Counted from the stretch's first letter, positions 46,271 to 54,935 are shown. The stretch: DNA of 64,000 nucleotides from a virus (IMGVR_UViG_3300014208_000005:1-64000), one strand, 5' to 3'. A program made the numbers and translations. Notes: generated from the letters alone by a model not told the origin.

Positions 46271-48127
46271 TTAATGATTCCAATTTTTCCCGATAACACT
46301 ATCTACCTTAATATCAAAGGATTTAATAATGAGTTTAATAGTTTCTTTCATCGTATTTTCTTGTATTATTTTCCATTCTTCAGCAAAATTTTCTGTAGTT
46401 TCCGAAACAATTGAATCATGCACTGTTAGTAAAATTCTTACAGGGTAGCCATTCAGATCAATTTTTTCCTGTAAATTTATTAAACACTGCTTCAGAAGAT
46501 TTCCATTTGAGCTTTGAGGAACATAATTTTTAGCTGCTCTTTCTGTTTCTCCAATAGTTTTAAAATTGTTTGGGTCTAAGTTTGGAAACCAGCGAATTCT
46601 TCTGTAATAGGGATCACTGCGTATTCTTCCATTCTCAACTGCGGTTTTGGCTAATAAGTTTAAAAACTCTTTTACTTTGGGAACTACAGCAAAGAATTGG
46701 TTTATTATTTTCTTAGCCTCTAAAGGAGTTGTTTGTAAAACGTCACTCAGTTTAAATTCAGATAAACCGTAAGACAACCCGAATGAAATGGTTTTAGAAA
46801 CGTAACGATAAGTTAAATCAGGTTTCATTGGAAATGGATCTCTAACCTTCTCTATTGGAATCTTAAAAACTTTTGAACAAAGTTCTGCATGAAGGTCCTT
46901 GCCGGATTTAAAAATTTCCAGCCATAGAGGATCCTGAGAATATTCTGCAATTAAAGCCAATTCAAACTGACCAACATCACTTGTGACTAAAACCTTACCT
47001 TTCTCAGCAATAATTGCACTCATGATTTTTTCAGCCAATTCTCCGTGTGACGGGAGCTGCTGGCAATTTGGGCGTGACATTGAAATCCGCGCTGAGCCTG
47101 AAAGTATTTGCCAAATTTCAGGATGGATTCTACCTGTTTTAGGATTAATAAAAGATAAGAATTCTCTGCCAAATGTTGTTGACAACTTTAAATTCTTTGA
47201 CAACAGAATTAATTCTTTTATGATACCGTGATTCTTTAAACGTTGTAATGTTTTATCTGAAACGTCATCAACAAGTATCCCTATTGTATTTAATATCTCT
47301 TTTTTCTGTGAATTTGATGCCCAATTAATAGATGTTAAATTCTCTTCAAAATTAAACAAATTTAATTGATTGTTAATTAAAGGTTGTAGTTTTACATTTG
47401 TTTTAGCCAATTCTACTACATGTTCATCTAATCTCTTAGTCGTTTCTGTAACAGTCTTTTCAGTTAATTCTGCAACTTCAATCCATTTCTCAGAATCAAT
47501 TAATAATCCTTCATAAGTCATTTTCATGAAAACTCTTGCGACTCTATTCTCCAACTCAAGAACCTTTCCTAATTCCCACTTATCAATTTCTTTTAACTGT
47601 TCTTTTCTTATCTGATGTAAATGTGCTACATCTTTGGCACAGTATTTAATAACTCTCTCTGTTAATCCTTGCCGATGGATAAGTCCTCTATCATCTTTAC
47701 TAATTTCAATTCCTAAATATTTCTTACTTACGTCATTCAATCCTAGGTTCCTCTTATCAGAGTCGAAACCAGCAGACAAAATACATTCAGCGAGAAATGA
47801 GTCATAGATGTTTTTAATGTTAATTCCATTATGATAAAGCCACTTACCGTCGAAAGCAAAATTATGATAAAGCGTCAACTTACTTTCCAATAAGTGTTTA
47901 ACTTGAATGATTGGAACGGTTAAAGCATCTATGACCCATTGGTTATCTTTATCACCTAATTGTAATGTTAATAGAGTGTTGTTAAAGACGTCAAAGCCTG
48001 TAGTCTCTGTATCGACGCCAATGCTATCTTTATTTTCCCAATACTCAAACAATTCATTTAGTTCTGATGATACTTTTATTTTGTTTTCATCAAACGACAA
48101 AGATTGTTTTGTAACAACATAAATCAT
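46271..48127 (-). CDS. polA: DNA polymerase family A with 3'-5' exonuclease
   Basis: ExoI DTETTG, ExoII HNFAFD, ExoIII YCAKD; motif A SDVGQFEL, motif B RYVSKTISFGLSYG, motif C TVHDS. Confidence 0.92.
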   Translation of the reverse strand: MIYVVTKQSLSFDENKIKVSSELNELFEYWENKDSIGVDTETTGFDVFNNTLLTLQLGDKDNQWVIDALTVPIIQVKHLLESKLTLYHNFAFDGKWLYHNGINIKNIYDSFLAECILSAGFDSDKRNLGLNDVSKKYLGIEISKDDRGLIHRQGLTERVIKYCAKDVAHLHQIRKEQLKEIDKWELGKVLELENRVARVFMKMTYEGLLIDSEKWIEVAELTEKTVTETTKRLDEHVVELAKTNVKLQPLINNQLNLFNFEENLTSINWASNSQKKEILNTIGILVDDVSDKTLQRLKNHGIIKELILLSKNLKLSTTFGREFLSFINPKTGRIHPEIWQILSGSARISMSRPNCQQLPSHGELAEKIMSAIIAEKGKVLVTSDVGQFELALIAEYSQDPLWLEIFKSGKDLHAELCSKVFKIPIEKVRDPFPMKPDLTYRYVSKTISFGLSYGLSEFKLSDVLQTTPLEAKKIINQFFAVVPKVKEFLNLLAKTAVENGRIRSDPYYRRIRWFPNLDPNNFKTIGETERAAKNYVPQSSNGNLLKQCLINLQEKIDLNGYPVRILLTVHDSIVSETTENFAEEWKIIQENTMKETIKLIIKSFDIKVDSVIGKNWNH

Positions 48128-48693
48128 TTTCCTTTATAAAGTTTAATAATCTCTTCCATTTCATCATTACAAAGAGCAAAGGATGGAAATTTACTATCGT
48201 AAAGGCCATCAAAAGCAAGGTTTGTAACGTTGAGTTTTAGGGTATTCTTAAGAATTTCAATAAATGCTAATGATTCCGTCATTGTCAGTTTTCTTTTGTC
48301 AATTGTAATCTCATGTTTATCATTTATTGTCAATCTCATTTCATCATGTTTAAACTTAAGATTGCTATTCATGATTTCATAAACCCTATCTACTTTAGGT
48401 CTCTTTACAACCGGCTTTTCAACTGTTACTGGTTCTAAGCAGAAATACGGAATGTTAAACATACCTCTTGATGGATGTTGCATATGTATTCCAAATTGCA
48501 TCGACATAAGTAGAGAATCAGTTATTGTTAAAACTTCACCAATCATATCTGCTATTCTTAGGTCAACACTGCATGCACACCCATTTTCTCCAGTAACAAA
48601 ATTCCGTGTAATTCTTACCTTATCTCCATCTTTAATCTTATTAAGCTCAATCCATTTCTGTTGTAACTTAACAAATATGTCTGTTTGTGTCAT
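48124..48693 (-). CDS. KWIELN-family paralog 1
   Basis: MTQTDIFVKLQQKWIELNKIKDGDKVRITR...PYFCLEPV. Confidence 0.7.
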   Translation of the reverse strand: MTQTDIFVKLQQKWIELNKIKDGDKVRITRNFVTGENGCACSVDLRIADMIGEVLTITDSLLMSMQFGIHMQHPSRGMFNIPYFCLEPVTVEKPVVKRPKVDRVYEIMNSNLKFKHDEMRLTINDKHEITIDKRKLTMTESLAFIEILKNTLKLNVTNLAFDGLYDSKFPSFALCNDEMEEIIKLYKGK

Positions 48694-49235
48694 TTTACTA
48701 ATTTTTTGTAAGCATTAACTATTTGACTTGCTTCGTCTTTTGTTAACAGAGTATTATTATCTTGATATGGATTTGAGAATCCTATGTGAAGTAAATCGGT
48801 CTTTAAGAAATGTGTGAGTGTTTCAACAAATTCTTTAGCATTTGTTTTGTTTAGTTTGACTCCATCAACAAAACTTATTGTTCCACTCTCACTAATTATT
48901 ACGGTTAACTCTCCGTGCTTAAACGTTCTACTAGACGAACAGATTGAAACTTTTCTCATTTTAACCGTTGGTTTTCTTACAGTAACAGGTTCTAAAACAA
49001 AGTAAGGATAGAAAAATCTATTTGATAAGAGTATTCCGTATCCATTAGGGTTCGATAAGCCTTTAATTTTTAAAGTTTTGTTTTTAGTATCATTCATTGG
49101 TTTACCCCAAGGCATTGCCCAACCATTTTCATGGCTTTTGGAAATCCTTAGAATTTTTACATTATCACCAATTTTTATTTTATTAAGCTCTATCCATTTC
49201 TTTTCGAGGGCTATGTAAATGTTGTTTTCTGTCAT
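48690..49235 (-). CDS. KWIELN-family paralog 2
   Basis: LEKKWIELNKIKIGDNVKILR...PYFVLEPV. Confidence 0.7.
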   Translation of the reverse strand: MTENNIYIALEKKWIELNKIKIGDNVKILRISKSHENGWAMPWGKPMNDTKNKTLKIKGLSNPNGYGILLSNRFFYPYFVLEPVTVRKPTVKMRKVSICSSSRTFKHGELTVIISESGTISFVDGVKLNKTNAKEFVETLTHFLKTDLLHIGFSNPYQDNNTLLTKDEASQIVNAYKKLVK

Positions 49236-49248
49236 TGTTTATGTATTA

Positions 49249-49288
49249 AAAAAATGAAAATTAGGGCACCATATTTCAGATGCCCTAA
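49249..49288 (-). terminator. Terminator-like hairpin
   Basis: Minus strand TTAGGGCA-tctgaaatatgg-TGCCCTAA followed by ttttcattttt. Confidence 0.6.
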
Positions 49289-49295
49289 CTTAAAG

Positions 49296-49757
49296 CTAAG
49301 ATACCAGCTTTTTAATTTCAGCGATGTGTTCACGTGTGATAGCACTTCCTTCAACCGTAATGTTGAAAGAGTAAATACCGAACATCGAAGACAGGTCTTC
49401 AAAAGCTTTAATAGCCTTCTTAGCGTCAGTCTTAGTTAATTTACAACACCCACATTGGATTGTTGTTCCTTCAGCCATTACTTCTCTTCCTGCGCCAATA
49501 GCAACCGTTTTAGGTTTATCTGGCATGATTTCAATTGCAAAATAAGGAACATTTGCCCCGTTTGTTACAATGGTATTAGCTCTGATTTCCAGAACCTCAA
49601 ATTCTCTTCCAACATAGCTGTTAACAACTGCACCAATTCCACATCCTTGTTCACCGCTAACCCAATTCCTAGTAATTTTTACTGTGTTACCTGCTTTTAA
49701 TCCCGTGATTTTCACGAATTCTTTTTGCATTTCTGCGTAGATCTCTTGTGTCGTCAT
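49296..49757 (-). CDS. KWIELN-family paralog 3 (divergent)
   Basis: MTTQEIYAEMQKEFVKITGLKAGNTVKITR...PYFAIE. Confidence 0.7.
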   Translation of the reverse strand: MTTQEIYAEMQKEFVKITGLKAGNTVKITRNWVSGEQGCGIGAVVNSYVGREFEVLEIRANTIVTNGANVPYFAIEIMPDKPKTVAIGAGREVMAEGTTIQCGCCKLTKTDAKKAIKAFEDLSSMFGIYSFNITVEGSAITREHIAEIKKLVS

Positions 49758-49769
49758 GACTTTTTAATT

Positions 49770-49964
49770 TTAATTGTTAATAATTGATTTTGAAATTTCA
49801 AACTTGATTTTATTTTGTGTTAATAATGATTTAAATAATGTAATTGCATCTTTGTCTTTAGTTCTTATTGTTGCTGGTTCTCTGATATGAACTTCAAACA
49901 GTTCATCTGTTTTATCCATTTTCAACGCTTTGCGGTTGCCTGGATCTTCAAATATGGATTTCAT
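49770..49964 (-). CDS. Hypothetical protein
   Basis: 64-aa coupled ORF. Confidence 0.5.
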   Translation of the reverse strand: MKSIFEDPGNRKALKMDKTDELFEVHIREPATIRTKDKDAITLFKSLLTQNKIKFEISKSIINN

Positions 49965-50449
49965 TTCTTAATAAGTTCAAATTTGTCAGCATTATCACCT
50001 GCAATCTTATCAAATTCTTCTTGTGTTATCTTTTTAAGATCTGATACTAAAACAGGATAGGTGTAAAGATTACCATCTTCCAAACAAACTAATATTGCTG
50101 ATTGATTTGTACTTCCTGATTGTGTAGATTTGGCTAAAATGTAAGTGTACTTTTTGCTAGAAAACCTCTGTCCCATTGAGTAAAATACTTCTTTCTTAAC
50201 AGGTTCTAAACAGAAGTAAGGAAGGATTGGTCCAGATTTAAGGTTAATACCACAGTCCATATTATTTTCTAATTTGTTGTCAATCGTGAAGGTTCTTCCC
50301 GTGTAATCTATGTCATTAAAGTGTGAGGTGCATCCACCTTCTCCTTCCTTAAATATTCTAATGACTCTTACTTTATCTCCATTTTTAACATTGTTTAACT
50401 CAATCCACTTTTGCTGTAATTTTACGAAAATTTCTTGTTGTGTTGTCAT
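49961..50449 (-). CDS. KWIELN-family paralog 4
   Basis: LQQKWIELNNVKNGDKVRVIR...PYFCLEPV. Confidence 0.7.
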   Translation of the reverse strand: MTTQQEIFVKLQQKWIELNNVKNGDKVRVIRIFKEGEGGCTSHFNDIDYTGRTFTIDNKLENNMDCGINLKSGPILPYFCLEPVKKEVFYSMGQRFSSKKYTYILAKSTQSGSTNQSAILVCLEDGNLYTYPVLVSDLKKITQEEFDKIAGDNADKFELIKK

Positions 50450-50676
50450 AATTTTTTACCGTTTTTAATGATTAATTTACCTGAATAATATGCTTTGACG
50501 ATTCCGTCATAAATGTTTACTGGATTTGACGCTAATGTTTCGATTAAAATCATTGCATCATCCAGTGTCTGTACTTTGTCGTAAGTCAAGGTTGTCCGAA
50601 AGTCCTTCAGATGAGATCGGTTTAAAAGATACACTGTCAACTTCTTTAAATTTGAGTTCTTTTTTTTCTTTACCAT
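50446..50676 (-). CDS. Hypothetical protein
   Basis: 76-aa ORF. Confidence 0.45.
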   Translation of the reverse strand: MVKKKKNSNLKKLTVYLLNRSHLKDFRTTLTYDKVQTLDDAMILIETLASNPVNIYDGIVKAYYSGKLIIKNGKKL

Positions 50677-50842
50677 AACATGTTTCTTTTAAGTGAGTGA
50701 TGAGCGATTGATGCTTATTTTTAAAGGAGAGAAATTCAACGCCTGTAAAACCTTGCGGCAAATAGTAATTGATTTCTCTCCTGCCCCTACTAACTAAAAC
50801 TGTAATAACAACATTATCAATTTCTTTGGTTATTGATTTCAT
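50558..50842 (-). CDS. Hypothetical protein
   Basis: 94-aa ORF overlapping the next gene. Confidence 0.4.
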   Translation of the reverse strand: MKSITKEIDNVVITVLVSRGRREINYYLPQGFTGVEFLSFKNKHQSLITHLKETCYGKEKKELKFKEVDSVSFKPISSEGLSDNLDLRQSTDTG

Positions 50843-50844
50843 TG

Positions 50845-51552
50845 TTATGTGATTAATTTAAATTCATTTATGTGTATGCTAAATAACGTATTTAGCTGTT
50901 TCAATGGAATTTTTTGGTAATCCCAACATTCAACTCCAATTGACCACGATTCTCCGGCAACACCATTATTTCCATCATTTAGTTGAATCAGGTGTAACCT
51001 ATCACCTCTACCGCTGTCTGAAGTGTGAACTTTCGCCAAAACATATTCAACTCCTTTTCTTGAGAATCTGCTTCCAATCTTGTAAAACTTTTCTTCTTCA
51101 ACTTCAACTTTTTCAAGGACGAAATATGGATAGTACAGACTTTCTTTTGTAGATATTTCCTCCTCGATTTTATTAACAGTAAGAACCTTACCAATAAACT
51201 TATCCATTTCTCGTACCCAATAACCATTCCATCCGTTTTCAAAACTTTCGGCTTTCCTTAAAACCCTAACCTTATCCCCAACTTTAATATTGTTGAGTTG
51301 AATCCATTTATCATGTAGCTGTTTATGTATTTCTTGTTTTGTCATTGGTTTTTCTTTTATTAATTTCACAAATCCATTAGTTAATAAAGCAATGGATTTT
51401 TGGTTAACAACCACATTCCAAGGAGCTTGGATTATTCCAGGAATTCCTTTGTACCGATTATTAGACTTGTCACAGGTAGCAGCATCCCAATTTACCAATT
51501 CACCTTCATGTTTAGTAAAATTTTCTACGGTTATTTCTAATAGTTTTGACAT
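50845..51552 (-). CDS. KWIELN-family paralog 5 (domain internal, from Met at 51345)
   Basis: MTKQEIHKQLHDKWIQLNNIKVGDKVRVLR...PYFVLEKV. Confidence 0.7.
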   Translation of the reverse strand: MSKLLEITVENFTKHEGELVNWDAATCDKSNNRYKGIPGIIQAPWNVVVNQKSIALLTNGFVKLIKEKPMTKQEIHKQLHDKWIQLNNIKVGDKVRVLRKAESFENGWNGYWVREMDKFIGKVLTVNKIEEEISTKESLYYPYFVLEKVEVEEEKFYKIGSRFSRKGVEYVLAKVHTSDSGRGDRLHLIQLNDGNNGVAGESWSIGVECWDYQKIPLKQLNTLFSIHINEFKLIT

Positions 51553-51595
51553 AATACTGTTTTTGTTTAAAGTGTGTTTTTTTATTTGTTAATTC

Positions 51596-51768
51596 TTATC
51601 AGCCAATCCTGCTTACAAATTTCTTTTCCGGAAATTTATCACATAGCAATGATTATTACTAAATAAATAAAGCAGGAATAAAGAACATTAAGGCTGATAA
51701 AAATAAAGATTGGGGTAAGGGTGTAAAATTATGAAAAAACAAAAACACCCTCAACTCCCCATATCTTT
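51596..51768 (-). ncRNA. Putative structured intergenic RNA (long hairpin plus multi-branch domain)
   Basis: Complementary pairs aaagat/atcttt, tgggg/cccca, agggtgt/acaccct; ttatcagcc/ggctgataa, tcctgctt/aagcagga, tagtaat/attgcta, aaatttc/gaaattt. Confidence 0.55.
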
Positions 51769-51780
51769 AGTTAAGCCGTC

Positions 51781-52824
51781 TTAGACAGCTTCTATTTTTT
51801 TAATTGCTCTTTCGATGGTGTTAATATCACATTGCCCCAATGTCTTACTATTTGAAACAAATAAACACACTCCAAGCTCTTCTGCTTCTTTGAAAGTTAG
51901 TACTAGTTGTTTTAAACGCTCCAGTGAATACTCCCCAAAACCATCAATGTGTGTATTTTCTTTTGAAATAATAACGTCAAAAGCGTCGTGAGTACAATTT
52001 GCACTGTAAGAATAAATTCTAACAGGAATTTCTGTTACTTCTTCAACTTTCTCAAGACATTCAAATCTCCATGACCATCCGGAGTCTAGTAAGATACAAG
52101 GAGTATCATAGTCAATATTTGCTACGGTCATAACTTTTCCAGTGTAATCTGTCTGAAACTCTCTGAGAACCTTTACCTTACTCCCAACTTTAATGTCGTT
52201 TAATTCAATCCATTTCTTAAACAGTTGTTGATAAATTTCTTTTTGTGTCATAATTTTTGTTGTTTTAGGTTGAAAATACTTTTCATAGTATTTACAAAAT
52301 TGTTTGTAAGAATAGAATTTCTTGAATTTACTACTGTTTGTGCTACCACTTCCGTACATAAATCCTCTTGGATCATTAATTAAGATAATTGTATCTTCTT
52401 TGTTTGTTTTCCAGAAGTTAGATGGATTTATTACATAATTTGAACGATCTTCAAGCCAGTGTCCTTCCATCCTATTAACTACACTCATCGCTTCTTCCAA
52501 TGTTTTAACTGTAACAGCAAACATTTCTCCTTCCTTTGGTAATAAATCTTCTGGTAGGTAAAGATCTTTAAACTGTTCTATTGAGATTATTTCACAATCA
52601 TGGGAATGTGCTGATTTGTAATAAGATATTTCGCAATGAGAGAAATTATTTGGTTTTCCTGAAGAATCATTTAGGTTGATTCCATGAGGTGTTGGATATC
52701 TTCCATAATAGAAAGTTTCATCGGCTGCTCCAGCATGAAATCCAAGTCTTCTCAAAATTTCTCTTACGTAGGTTTCATCTTCAGCAGAATGACATTCAAC
52801 TACGTGTGATTTATTATTTGTCAT
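51781..52824 (-). CDS. Multi-module protein containing KWIELN-family domain (paralog 6, from Met at 52251)
   Basis: MTQKEIYQQLFKKWIELNDIKVGSKVKVLR...FECLEKV. Confidence 0.7.
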   Translation of the reverse strand: MTNNKSHVVECHSAEDETYVREILRRLGFHAGAADETFYYGRYPTPHGINLNDSSGKPNNFSHCEISYYKSAHSHDCEIISIEQFKDLYLPEDLLPKEGEMFAVTVKTLEEAMSVVNRMEGHWLEDRSNYVINPSNFWKTNKEDTIILINDPRGFMYGSGSTNSSKFKKFYSYKQFCKYYEKYFQPKTTKIMTQKEIYQQLFKKWIELNDIKVGSKVKVLREFQTDYTGKVMTVANIDYDTPCILLDSGWSWRFECLEKVEEVTEIPVRIYSYSANCTHDAFDVIISKENTHIDGFGEYSLERLKQLVLTFKEAEELGVCLFVSNSKTLGQCDINTIERAIKKIEAV

Positions 52825-52832
52825 AATTTTTA

Positions 52833-53138
52833 TTATTTATTGTTTCTAATTGTGTAAAGATATTTCAAATCATCATTTAAATTAACACGATACACATTTG
52901 AAAGTTTTAATATCGTGTCATAAACTGTGATGTAGTTAGCATCCGCGTTAATTAAGACTGAGTTATCTGGAAGGATAACCTCATAGTTTTGAGTAACTAT
53001 TTCTGATTTAGGTTCTTCCAGAGGTTGAAGTACGGATGGAGTTAATGCCCATCCAATAGCAATTCCAATAACAAATGCCATTGAAATGAAAATATTGTTA
53101 AATTTTTCTTTGAAAGACACATATTTTAGCTGCTTCAT
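52833..53138 (-). CDS. Single-pass membrane protein
   Basis: IFISMAFVIGIAIGWALT hydrophobic segment. Confidence 0.6.
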   Translation of the reverse strand: MKQLKYVSFKEKFNNIFISMAFVIGIAIGWALTPSVLQPLEEPKSEIVTQNYEVILPDNSVLINADANYITVYDTILKLSNVYRVNLNDDLKYLYTIRNNK

Positions 53139-53163
53139 GTTTTAAAGTTTTAAATTGTTAAAA

Positions 53164-53278
53164 AAGAAACTCCCTTTTCTAATTAGAACTAGCTATTGTT
53201 TCAGTGTAACATCTTGCTAACTTTCGGCTACGAATTTCACGCATGTTACATCTTAATTAGAAAAAGAAAGAGTTTCTT
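53164..53278 (-). ncRNA. Putative structured intergenic RNA / extended terminator
   Basis: aagaaactc/gagtttctt, ttttctaatta/taattagaaaa and tgtaacat/atgttaca nested stems; followed by a T-run on the minus strand. Confidence 0.55.
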
Positions 53279-53285
53279 ATTTCTT

Positions 53286-53504
53286 TTATGCTTTTACAGG
53301 TTTTAAGATGTTTACAGGAAATTCTCCAGATTTAATTAACATTATGTCAGCTTGAATTGCAGCTTCTCTTTCAGTTGAGAAAGAATGACTCCTGTTACCT
53401 TTAACTTCAGCGTAAAACAGTTCCTTAAATCCTTTAGTAGTGTAATAAGCCTGTTTTTGGATGAAGTGATAGGTACGTTTAGTTAATTTTGGTAATGCTC
53501 TCAT
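53286..53504 (-). CDS. Small AP2-like DNA-binding protein
   Basis: SFSTEREAAIQADIMLIKSGEFPVNILK resembles the AP2-domain C-terminus. Confidence 0.5.
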   Translation of the reverse strand: MRALPKLTKRTYHFIQKQAYYTTKGFKELFYAEVKGNRSHSFSTEREAAIQADIMLIKSGEFPVNILKPVKA

Positions 53505-53506
53505 AG

Positions 53507-53653
53507 CTAGTAGCGTATTTCTTTCATGTACTGATGTCTTCCACCACCGTAAGCTTCAGGACAGTGTTTAGATGACACACACGACGACGTTGAGATGACA
53601 AATGCAAACAGTAAGGCTGTGAGCAAAATGTAAATTGAGATGAGCTTTTTCAT
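53507..53653 (-). CDS. 48-aa putative lipoprotein (not in ORF track)
   Basis: MKKLISIYILLTALLFAFVISTSSC|VSSKHCPEAYGGGRHQYMKEIRY; signal peptide with lipobox-like TSSC. Confidence 0.6.
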   Translation of the reverse strand: MKKLISIYILLTALLFAFVISTSSCVSSKHCPEAYGGGRHQYMKEIRY

Positions 53654-53685
53654 GGTTTTTAAGTTTTTTATTGTTTTTAATGGTT

Positions 53686-54027
53686 TTATTCTACATTATA
53701 AGCAAGAGCTGTAATAGGTTCGAGAATTTTCCAGACATCTTTCCACGAGTATTTATGATAGAGTTGAAGACCTAAGCTTACCCCTTCACCTGCTCTGTAA
53801 TAGGCTACCTTTTTAACAAGCATTTGAATGATGCCTGAATTGATGAACATTTCAGAATTAGCGTGACCATTAGTATTAAAAATCATTTGTTCTGGGTTAT
53901 ATTTTGTTCCACTGTAAAATGCCCCGAGCTGCATTAGTCTGTTGTTGACTTTTTTGAAGTATTCCTTATCACTAAAATCGTGACAAATATTCTGTTCAAC
54001 AATTGTTATTTTTATTGTTTTATTCAT
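53686..54027 (-). CDS. Hypothetical protein
   Basis: 113-aa ORF with A-rich leader. Confidence 0.55.
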   Translation of the reverse strand: MNKTIKITIVEQNICHDFSDKEYFKKVNNRLMQLGAFYSGTKYNPEQMIFNTNGHANSEMFINSGIIQMLVKKVAYYRAGEGVSLGLQLYHKYSWKDVWKILEPITALAYNVE

Positions 54028-54054
54028 GATTTCTAAGTTTTAAAATTGTTTGTA

Positions 54055-54110
54055 AAAATAAAAAATAAACAGCAGGTCTGTCTTAACGACACGTTTGAAA
54101 CCTGCTGTTT
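54055..54110 (-). terminator. Terminator-like hairpin with structured loop
   Basis: AAACAGCAGGT...ACCTGCTGTTT 11-bp stem followed by attttttattttt on the minus strand. Confidence 0.65.
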
Positions 54111-54139
54111 AAAAGAATGCGCTTACTAGAGAAGCTCCT

Positions 54140-54322
54140 TTAATGCTTTACTCTTATTTTCCTCACCATCTGCTTCCTCATTCTGCGGTTAGGTTGGATT
54201 TGAATTTTACCCTCCTTAATCGCCTGTTGCAGTTTATTATCCTCTTCAGATAATGGGTTGTCACAAAATGGTGGGATTTCACGAATGTGTTTCTGAGAAA
54301 TGACTTTCTTTCTTGATTTCAT
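54140..54322 (-). CDS. Basic hypothetical protein
   Basis: 60 aa; PNRRMRK. Confidence 0.5.
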   Translation of the reverse strand: MKSRKKVISQKHIREIPPFCDNPLSEEDNKLQQAIKEGKIQIQPNRRMRKQMVRKIRVKH

Positions 54323-54714
54323 AATTTTAGGTTTTTAGGTGATATTTAATTTTTACATTCTGGAACAACGTTTGTGTACGTTTGACCGTCTTCAGAGGAG
54401 TAAGTAAGTTCTGTTGTTTGGTTTTTAGTTACTAACTTTCTCAGTAAACCACATTTAACACACTTAGCTTGTATTCCTACTTTGTGTCCTCCCCACGACA
54501 TCCAACTATGTCTGGTTTTATTATTTGTGATTCTCATGAAATAGTTGTTTGCGTGTGATAATGTTGGCTGGAATGTTGTAAACCTTCTGTTTTTCAGACT
54601 TAGTTTTCCAGCCGTCACCTAATAGCGAACGCATTTGCATTCTGTATTCAATCTTAGCTGCTTTTACAGGATTTTCTTCTCTGATTACTGTTAAAGTCAT
54701 TTTACACCTCCTTT

Positions 54715-54930
54715 TTAAAACGTTAAGACTTTTGTTAAATGATACCCGCAATGATTTGTAAGGAAGTCAATCTTTCCACATGAACCATTACCGAGGTCAT
54801 TCTTCCTTGTTTTACAATCTTTACTTAAGACTCTGATGAGTTTTGAATTGGAATCAATTCTGATGTCATTCTTTTTGGAGAGTGCGTTAAGCACTTCATC
54901 CACCGTGTGTTGATGTTTACGTGTTTTCAT
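54715..54930 (-). CDS. Conserved small phage protein
   Basis: DLGNGSCGKIDFL motif; A-rich leader. Confidence 0.55.
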   Translation of the reverse strand: MKTRKHQHTVDEVLNALSKKNDIRIDSNSKLIRVLSKDCKTRKNDLGNGSCGKIDFLTNHCGYHLTKVLTF

Positions 54931-54935
54931 GATTT

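Noticed and set aside
36973-48127. Inteins or group I introns in primase, helicase or PolA
   Set aside because: Proteins have normal lengths and contiguous motifs; no splicing motifs noticed.
53185-53215. Resemblance of aaacaatagctagtt to the Cas9 tracrRNA segment aaacagcatagcaagtt
   Set aside because: Short AT-rich partial match with no anti-repeat or nexus context; probably chance.
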